A stretch of 48,005 nt of DNA. Source: Myxococcota bacterium (GTDB lineage: Bacteria; Myxococcota_A; Polyangia; JAAYKL01). This document shows positions 18,508 through 24,890 of the stretch, piece by piece. The notes beneath the pieces are model-generated. The model searched no databases, was not told the origin of the DNA, and worked only from the letters and a program-made list of their open reading frames with translations. The position numbers were made by a program, and so were the translations under genes. The stretch is taken from contig JALOQD010000001.1 of the NCBI GenBank assembly GCA_025453525.1, forward strand, positions 1 to 48,005. Reading direction: 5' to 3'. Position 1 is the first letter of the stretch. Each line of letters opens with the position of its first letter.

Positions 18508-20183
18508 GACTCGATTTCGCTGGCCTCGAGCCATCTTTCGAGAGACCTGGAGTCGAGGCGTTGATCCTCGGGTAACAGCAGCCACGCCGGATGTCCTGCG
18601 AGCGCCTGTCGCCGGAGCTCTGCCGCCAAGACCCCCAGTCGATCGAATTCAGCGCGATCGATGGACGGTGAAAGCGCCGAGCTCGGGGGTGGGGGCGGAT
18701 CCTGCCGACCAGCGAGGTCGACGGCCTCGACGACGAGGCCTGCCTGGAGCACCAGCGCTCGCCGCGGCTGGTCCCAGGAGCGGGCCACGGGCTGAAACAC
18801 CGCAGTGCAACGCCGCAGCATGTGGTAGGTCGAAGCGCGTCGCCAGCCGCGATAGAGCTGTGCCGCCTCGGATAGGCAACGCCGCAGCAGCGCGACGACC
18901 TCGGCTATTTCGCGATCTTCCTCGGAAACCGGGTCCTTGGGCGCTTCGTCGTGGAGCTGCTGGTCTCTGCCTTCCCTCATCCAGCCCAGGGCGATGAGGC
19001 GAGCGGCCTCTCCTTTTTCGGTGAGGCCGAGCTCACGCAGCGCAACACCCATCGTCTGGACCGTCTCGACCGAAAGCGGCGCGAGCGGCCCGAAGAGCGC
19101 CTCGAGGTGCTCGCCCTGCAGCTCCTGATTTTTCGCCATCTGGAGCACGGCTCGACACGCGAGAATCGAACGAGTGGAGGCAAACGGCCCGAGGGAGCAA
19201 CTCGTCGTTCGCTCGGGCGAGAGCTCCGCGAGATCCAGCGAAGCATAGACGACGTCCCTTGTCCCTTGCCTCAAGATGCGGTTGTACGGTGGACAGAGCT
19301 CCTGGATCGTGCGTGCCTCGAGCAGCGCCGCTTCCATCACCGACTCAGTGACGGTGAAGTCCACGTCAGCGGCTTGGGCGAGCATCTCGCGGGTATGGCC
19401 GGCTTTGCCCTTGGGACTGCCGACATAGCTGCCCACTCGAGCGCGCAGCCGCGAGGCTTTGCCGACGTAGAGCAGCGCTCCGTGCCCGTCCACGAAGCGG
19501 TACACACCCGGGGCGTCTGGAAGGCGGCGTCGAATATCCCTGGGCAAGAGCAACCGCCGACCTGGCTCGCGGCGAGCTTGCTGTCTCGCCTGCGCGAGCA
19601 TGATCTCAAGCGCGTCTGGATCGCGCACACCTTCTGCCTCGAGCCTCTCGCACAGTGCCCGCCAGACCGCTAGCGTGGCCTCGACGTGGGCCCCGGCCCG
19701 GCGCAACTGCTGCAAGGGAAAGCCCAAGTAACCGGCTACGGCCCGCAGGGTGTAGCTCGGCAGCCCGGGCAACAGCCACTGACTCAGCTGCCCGGTGCAC
19801 AGCCACGTCGGCAGCGGCCCCCGGGCAGAGGCCGGTTCGAGCAAGGGATCGAGGAAGCGCGCCTCGAAGGCCGCAGTGTGCGCCAAAATCCACCGAGGCG
19901 GGTGGGCCTGTCGACACAAATCGTCTTCGAGTAGATCCATGACCTGCCGGACAGACAGAGCGCCTTCGAAGTTTTCACGGACCAGGCCAGTGAGCGCCTG
20001 GACTCGTCGAGGCAGCCCAGCGCGATCGAGTAGGGCGCACAAGAGGCTGCGCGACAAGGGCTCCTGACCTTCACCCGGCCCCAGGCGCCAGGCGATTTCG
20101 ATGACCTGGCAATGCCGAACCGATCCGCCGGTGGTTTGGCAGTCGACGATGAGAACGTTGCGACTGGACAGGGGATCGGTCAT
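18504..20183 (-). CDS. DnaQ-like (DEDD-type, degenerate) exonuclease domain fused to a GIY-YIG nuclease domain (Cho/UvrC-N-like), plus a C-terminal region of about 260 aa of unknown function
   Basis: The ORF opens GTG-ATG (20186/20183); the ATG was taken.
- Exo motifs: IVDCQTTG, ILAHTAAFEARFL, AHVEATL.
- GIY-YIG: PGVYRFVDGHGALLYVGKASRLRARVGSY ... EARTIQELCPPYN. Confidence 0.8.
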   Translation of the reverse strand: MTDPLSSRNVLIVDCQTTGGSVRHCQVIEIAWRLGPGEGQEPLSRSLLCALLDRAGLPRRVQALTGLVRENFEGALSVRQVMDLLEDDLCRQAHPPRWILAHTAAFEARFLDPLLEPASARGPLPTWLCTGQLSQWLLPGLPSYTLRAVAGYLGFPLQQLRRAGAHVEATLAVWRALCERLEAEGVRDPDALEIMLAQARQQARREPGRRLLLPRDIRRRLPDAPGVYRFVDGHGALLYVGKASRLRARVGSYVGSPKGKAGHTREMLAQAADVDFTVTESVMEAALLEARTIQELCPPYNRILRQGTRDVVYASLDLAELSPERTTSCSLGPFASTRSILACRAVLQMAKNQELQGEHLEALFGPLAPLSVETVQTMGVALRELGLTEKGEAARLIALGWMREGRDQQLHDEAPKDPVSEEDREIAEVVALLRRCLSEAAQLYRGWRRASTYHMLRRCTAVFQPVARSWDQPRRALVLQAGLVVEAVDLAGRQDPPPPPSSALSPSIDRAEFDRLGVLAAELRRQALAGHPAWLLLPEDQRLDSRSLERWLEASEIES

Positions 20184-20206
20184 CACTCTAGGCTATCTCG
20201 ATACCG

Positions 20207-21544
20207 TCAGGTGCCAGCGATCTGAACATCCTCGAACACCAAGCTCGGAGACAAAAGCGAGCTGTAGGGATAAACGTCGCTACCCACCGCCACGAGGCGC
20301 TGCCACAAGTCGAGGTGACACCCCGAGATATTGGCCTCGACCACCGGATAGGTCGCAACCCCGCTCTCGATGCGCGTTCCATACACTCCAAGGGAGAAAT
20401 CGCCCGTCACGGCGTTGGAGCTACCGCCGATGAAGCCGCGGACGAGCAGGCCGTCGGCCACATGGGAGATCAACTCGTCGAGGCTCGCCGTCCCCGGTGT
20501 CACGATGAGGTTGGAACGGCTGCCGGTCGTGGGCGCCATCCCCATCTTGCGGCCGTAGTAAGTGTCGATGAAGTAGCTCGCGAGCACGCCTTTGTTGAAC
20601 ACCGGTAGAACCTTGGCGCTGATGCCCTCTGCGTCGGACAGCCGCGATCCGAAACCGCGCACGAGGAAAGGATCATCCACGATATCCAAAAGCTCGCTGC
20701 CCACGGACAGGCCCAGCTTGCCCTCGAGGATCGACTGGCGCTGCTGCAGAGCGCGGCCGGATGTCGCGCCCAGGAGCTGCCCGAGCAGCCTGCCCACGGT
20801 GCGCGCTTCGACGATGAGGGCGCGCTTTCCGGTCTCCATCCTCCGAGCACCAACCTTCTCGAGGGCTGACTGAGCCGCGCCCTCGCCCACGGCTTTAGGG
20901 AGCGCGAGATCGCTACGGTAACGCGCGCCGGCCACGTCCGAGCCCTCGGGACGCCTGTCATTATCGTCCGTCAGCGACACCTCGGCAAAGGCCCAGGCTT
21001 GGGTGCTGCGCCGCTCGCCCTCAAAGCCGTTGCTGTGAAGCTGAATAGATTCTCCGTCATCGTCCTGATACGTGGCCTGCGCCGAGATGAGCCGCGCGCC
21101 AGCTGCCCTGACTGCTGCCTCCTCCACGGCCGCGGCAAAGGCGTGACGATCGGCAGGCGAGGTTTCTTGCACCGTCGAATCCCAAAGATCGAGCTCGAGA
21201 TTCTTGCGTCCCTCATAGAGATTCGAATCCGTAATGAAGCGACACGGGTCGGGGTTCATCGCCTCGCACATGGCGACAGCCCTGTCGAGAAAGGCCTCCA
21301 CAGCCGATCCCCGAAGGTCGTTCGTTTGGCACGACGTGAATTTGCCGTCGATGTACAAGGAGAGCGACAAGGAGCGCTGGGTCGCTTCCTCTACCCTTTC
21401 AGGGCGACCCTTGCGATACATGACCGACACACTACGGCCAAGGGCGGCCACTGCCTTGACGTCCTTGACCCCGCGCCTCAAGGCTCCTGTCATGGCTGCC
21501 TGCGCCGTGTGACGCAAACCGCTTTTCGTTGTGGAATCGCTCAT
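20207..21544 (-). CDS. pmbA: PmbA/TldE-family metallopeptidase component
   Basis: 445 aa TldD/PmbA-family pattern (SLSLYIDGKFTSCQTNDL, GSSNAVTGDFSLGVYG). It lacks HExxxH, as expected for PmbA. The ATG overlaps the tldD stop (ATGA at 21541-21544). Confidence 0.8.
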   Translation of the reverse strand: MSDSTTKSGLRHTAQAAMTGALRRGVKDVKAVAALGRSVSVMYRKGRPERVEEATQRSLSLSLYIDGKFTSCQTNDLRGSAVEAFLDRAVAMCEAMNPDPCRFITDSNLYEGRKNLELDLWDSTVQETSPADRHAFAAAVEEAAVRAAGARLISAQATYQDDDGESIQLHSNGFEGERRSTQAWAFAEVSLTDDNDRRPEGSDVAGARYRSDLALPKAVGEGAAQSALEKVGARRMETGKRALIVEARTVGRLLGQLLGATSGRALQQRQSILEGKLGLSVGSELLDIVDDPFLVRGFGSRLSDAEGISAKVLPVFNKGVLASYFIDTYYGRKMGMAPTTGSRSNLIVTPGTASLDELISHVADGLLVRGFIGGSSNAVTGDFSLGVYGTRIESGVATYPVVEANISGCHLDLWQRLVAVGSDVYPYSSLLSPSLVFEDVQIAGT

Positions 21545-22980
21545 GCGTTCACCCCGCCCACAGTGATGGAAGAGACCAGAACGGTCGGCATGCCAAGCCC
21601 CACGGGCACGCTCTGTCCCTCCTTGCCACAGGCCCAGGTTCCGACGTCGATGGCCGAATCGTTGCCAACCATCATCACCTTCGAGAGGGTATCTGGGCCA
21701 TTGCCGATGAGGTTCACGTCCTTGATGGGACGGGTCAGTTTTCCGTCCTCGATGAGGAAACCGGACTTGACGTAGAAGCTGTAGTCTCCGGCGCCAATGG
21801 CCACCTCGCCGTTGGCAAAGTCCACGGCATAGATGCCCTTGCTCACCGCTGCGATGATCTCGCGAGGGTCGTGCGGGCCGCTGTCCATCATCGTGACCCG
21901 CATGCGCGGCAATGGCGGGCAGCGGAAGTCCTCTCGCCTGCCGTTTCCCGTGGGCGACACCTGGTAGTGAGCGGCGCTCAAGCGGTCGTGGAGGTACGAA
22001 ACGAGCTTGCCGTTCTCGACGAGCACTGTGCGCTGGGCTGGCACGCCTTCGTCGTCGATGTGAATGGAGCCGCGCGCGCCTGGAATGAGGCCGCTGTCCA
22101 CGATATTGACGAAGGGAGAGGTAATCGTCTTGCCGAGCATGGACGAGAAGATCGACACACCCTTGCGGTTGAAGTCCGCCTCGAACCCATGACCCATGGC
22201 CTCGTGCAGCAGAATTCCAGACGTTGCCGGGGCGAGCACCACGGGCATGTCTCCGGCCGGCGGCGATCCGGCGTCGAACAAGAACGCCGTCCGAGCCACG
22301 GCCTGCTCGACTATCTCATCGAGAAGCGCCTCGTCGTACATCTCCATGCCAGCGCGCCTCGACTGGGCATACGCGTTGCTTTCGCGCTTCCCGTCCTGCT
22401 CCATGACACAAGCTGCGAGGAGGTGCGTCATGGGCCGCGTGTCCTCCACCAGCACTCCCTCCGAGTTGGCCACCAGCACCACTTCGTCCTCGCCGGCAAA
22501 GCTCACCGATGCCTTGACCACCCGGCGATCACGAGACGCGAGCTTTTCTCCGACGCGGCGCACGAGCCCGATCTGCGCCTGCGGCAAAACCTGCGCAAAC
22601 AGCCGCTGCGTGGGATACAGACCCCCGACTGCCACCCCGCGCGCCCACGGCGCTACGACTTTGCACGCCCCGTGGTCGGCGATCGATGCCGCGGTGCCTG
22701 CAGCGCGCAGTAGGCTCTCCCTTTTGAGGTCTTCGGTGTAGGCATACCCGGTTTGGTCACCCTTCAGCACCCTCACCCCTGCACCTAGATCGACCTGAAC
22801 ATAGGCGCGATTCACCGCGCCGTCCTCGAACCCGACGAACGAGCCGCTGTGATGCTGGATGAAAATCTCGGCAAAGTCGCCGCCGCGGCGCAATGCCTCG
22901 GATAGCACAGCCCGCAAATCCTCGGAGGACACGCCAAATGCGGTAGAGAAATAGAAGCTCTCGCTCGCCTCTGGTTTCAT
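21541..22980 (-). CDS. tldD: TldD-family zinc metallopeptidase
   Basis: 479 aa with LLHEAMGHGFEADFNRKG (HExxxH plus downstream motif) and GDYSFYVKSGFLIEDGKL. It is paired with pmbA. Confidence 0.9.
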   Translation of the reverse strand: MKPEASESFYFSTAFGVSSEDLRAVLSEALRRGGDFAEIFIQHHSGSFVGFEDGAVNRAYVQVDLGAGVRVLKGDQTGYAYTEDLKRESLLRAAGTAASIADHGACKVVAPWARGVAVGGLYPTQRLFAQVLPQAQIGLVRRVGEKLASRDRRVVKASVSFAGEDEVVLVANSEGVLVEDTRPMTHLLAACVMEQDGKRESNAYAQSRRAGMEMYDEALLDEIVEQAVARTAFLFDAGSPPAGDMPVVLAPATSGILLHEAMGHGFEADFNRKGVSIFSSMLGKTITSPFVNIVDSGLIPGARGSIHIDDEGVPAQRTVLVENGKLVSYLHDRLSAAHYQVSPTGNGRREDFRCPPLPRMRVTMMDSGPHDPREIIAAVSKGIYAVDFANGEVAIGAGDYSFYVKSGFLIEDGKLTRPIKDVNLIGNGPDTLSKVMMVGNDSAIDVGTWACGKEGQSVPVGLGMPTVLVSSITVGGVNA

Positions 22981-23405
22981 TGGGGCGCCTCCTCCCCCGA
23001 AACCGCATCCCGCGCCTCGAGGCGAATAACGTGTTCATGCTCCTCGAGCAGATGCTCGACGAGGGTCCCGAAAGTCCAGGTCATGTTGGTCGGAGTCAGG
23101 GCAGCCAATATGGCTCGACGCGGGACACAAGCCTTCACCGTCTCGACAAAGGTATCGATCTCCGAGCGCGGAAAGAGCGCGAAGAAGAGGAGCGGATGAC
23201 AAAGCTCCATGGGCCGCTCGGCGTCGCGACTCGAGGTTTCGGCCAGAGCTTCCTCCACCACAGCGCCTACGAGTCGGTCCGCATCACCCTGCCGCAGCGG
23301 CTCGAGGCGTAAGGGAGGCCCGCCTGTCCCAGAGGCTGCGACGATGGCCCGACATTGCGTTTCTTCGAATCCAGCGACAAAGACGAGCTTTTTGTCAAAT
23401 GGCAT
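22977..23405 (-). CDS. Small DUF3783-like protein
   Basis: Start taken at ATG 23405 (MPFDKKLVFVAGF), because the longer track ORF would overlap the upstream gene by about 70 nt. The C-terminal motif AILAALTPTNMTWTFGTLVEHLLEEHE matches my recollection of the DUF3783 signature (TptN-x-W ... L-x-E-x2-EH). The stop overlaps the tldD ATG (ATGA at 22977-22980). Confidence 0.55.
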   Translation of the reverse strand: MPFDKKLVFVAGFEETQCRAIVAASGTGGPPLRLEPLRQGDADRLVGAVVEEALAETSSRDAERPMELCHPLLFFALFPRSEIDTFVETVKACVPRRAILAALTPTNMTWTFGTLVEHLLEEHEHVIRLEARDAVSGEEAPQ

Positions 23406-23431
23406 ACTGCTTGGTGTTTCTCTTTGGTTTG

Positions 23432-23908
23432 CTAGGGAGTCGAGGTGTCCGAACCCCCATCGCTCACGGATTGCGAAGTCGTTCCGGTGTCGCTCTCCGT
23501 CCACGTCTGCGTGTCAGAGCTGGTAGAGCTCGGCGTGTCCGTGCCTGTCTCGGTGTCGGTCGCGGTATCGCTGTCTGTGTCGGTGTCGGTGTCGGTCTCG
23601 GTCTCGGTGTCGGTCTCGGTCTCGGTGTCGGTGTCGGTCTCGGTGTCGGTGTCCGTCGCGGTATCGGACTCGCTTTGGGAGCTCGTATCCTCGCTCTCGG
23701 AATTAGAGGCCGAGTCGGAGTCGCTCTGTCCTTCGCCCTCGCCCTCGCCTTCGCCCTCGCCCTCGCCTTCGCCCGTGTCCGAAGACGTGTCCTGATGATC
23801 GGTTTCATCTGGCGCGGGCGGCAATGGACCGAAATCGCCGCAGCCAACATAGGCCCCGACCACCCACAAGCATATAACAACGAGTATAAGCGATAAGCCG
23901 GTTTTCAT
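23432..23908 (-). CDS. Highly acidic low-complexity lipoprotein, (GE)n and (TD/TE)n
   Basis: ATG 23908 gives MKTGLSLILVVICLWVVGAYVGC (signal plus lipobox). The rest is PPAPDETD..., (GE)7 and long Thr-Asp/Thr-Glu/Ser runs, with no globular domain apparent. Confidence 0.6.
   Translation of the reverse strand: MKTGLSLILVVICLWVVGAYVGCGDFGPLPPAPDETDHQDTSSDTGEGEGEGEGEGEGEGQSDSDSASNSESEDTSSQSESDTATDTDTETDTDTETETDTETETDTDTDTDSDTATDTETGTDTPSSTSSDTQTWTESDTGTTSQSVSDGGSDTSTP
23547..23667 (-). repeat. Coding hexanucleotide microsatellite (GTGTCG/GTCTCG)n encoding (TD/TE)n
   Basis: The plus strand reads ...gtgtcggtgtcggtgtcggtctcggtctcggtgtcggtctcggtctcggtgtcggtgtcggtctcggtgtcggtgtcc... Confidence 0.9.
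23730..23774 (-). repeat. Coding hexanucleotide repeat (GCCCTC/GCCTTC)n encoding (GE)n
   Basis: The sequence is ccttcgccctcgccctcgccttcgccctcgccctcgccttcgccc. A nearly identical run occurs at 38469-38500 in the cytochrome lipoprotein gene. Confidence 0.9.
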
Positions 23909-24061
23909 CCCTTGTTCCCCTGCCTCGTCGAGGCCGTAACGATCTCCGAGCCCGGTGATGGAGTCTCGGAAAAGAGAGCCCATTGATGAGCATACACCCA
24001 TTTGCGCAAAAACCAGCCCCCTAGAAATCCTCCCATTCAAAGAAATCCCGAGAGGACCTGG

Positions 24062-24880
24062 CTACTGCCCTGACCGGAGGTGCTCGATCGCGTTCTTGAA
24101 CAGGGCCAGTCCGTCGCCTTGCACAGGCAGCTCTGCCCGGGTCCACTGAGGGTGATTGGTGCGGTGCAGATAGGCCTCGGGGTGAGGCATCAGGCCTAGG
24201 ATCCTGCCCGTGGGATCGCAGAGCGCCGCCATCCCATGGGACGAACCGTTGGGGTTGGCTGGATAGTCGGTGGTCGCCCGCCCGGTCGCGGGATCGATGT
24301 AGAACAGCGGCACAAGGCGCCGCTCGAGCAGAGTCTCGACGCTGGCGAATTCTCCGCAAACGATCTTGCCTTCGCCGTGTCGCACCGGCAGCTCGAGCTG
24401 CGATAAGCCACGGGTGAAGACGCAGGGACTCTCTGGATCCACCGCGAGATGCACCCAGCGATCCTCGAACCTCCCCGAGTCGTTCCAGGTGAGCGTGACC
24501 TGCTGGCTACCCGGATCGCCGCCGAGCGACGGCAGCAAGCCGAGCTTGACCATGAGTTGGAAGCCATTGCAGATGCCCAGGACGAGTCCTCCGTCGGCAA
24601 CGAACCTGCGGATTTGATCGAACAGGCGCCCGCTAGGGGTCATGGTATGGCGCATGCGAATGGCGCAGGCCCGGGCCGAACCGAGATCATCGCCATCCAA
24701 GAATCCGCCTGGCAGGCAGAGAAAGTCGTAGTGGGCGAGGTTGGCCTTGCCCGAGGCGAAATCCCACAGATACACGATGTCCACTTGGTCGGCGCCGGCG
24801 AGACGGGCCGCGTGGGCGGTCTCCATCTCGCAGTTGATGCCGTTGCCGGTGAGCACTATCACGCGAATGCTGCGTGCCAT
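24062..24880 (-). CDS. purQ: Phosphoribosylformylglycinamidine synthase, glutamine amidotransferase subunit
   Basis: 272 aa class I GATase with LGICNGFQLMVKLGLLP (nucleophile Cys) and the C-terminal HPE motif (MPHPEAY). It lies directly downstream of purL, with SD AGGAGGA overlapping the purL stop. Confidence 0.9.
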   Translation of the reverse strand: MARSIRVIVLTGNGINCEMETAHAARLAGADQVDIVYLWDFASGKANLAHYDFLCLPGGFLDGDDLGSARACAIRMRHTMTPSGRLFDQIRRFVADGGLVLGICNGFQLMVKLGLLPSLGGDPGSQQVTLTWNDSGRFEDRWVHLAVDPESPCVFTRGLSQLELPVRHGEGKIVCGEFASVETLLERRLVPLFYIDPATGRATTDYPANPNGSSHGMAALCDPTGRILGLMPHPEAYLHRTNHPQWTRAELPVQGDGLALFKNAIEHLRSGQ

Positions 24881-24890
24881 GCCTATCCTC

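Noticed and set aside
20207-22980. TldD/PmbA as part of a microcin B17-like RiPP maturation cluster.
   Set aside because: No precursor peptide, cyclodehydratase/dehydrogenase or dedicated exporter genes are nearby. The acidic lipoprotein upstream has a lipobox signal and no Gly/Ser/Cys core typical of such precursors.
23547-23774. Highly regular short repeats that could be mistaken for a CRISPR-like or other non-coding array.
   Set aside because: The unit is 6 nt with no spacers. The repeats are entirely in frame within a lipoprotein ORF, encoding (TD/TE)n and (GE)n.
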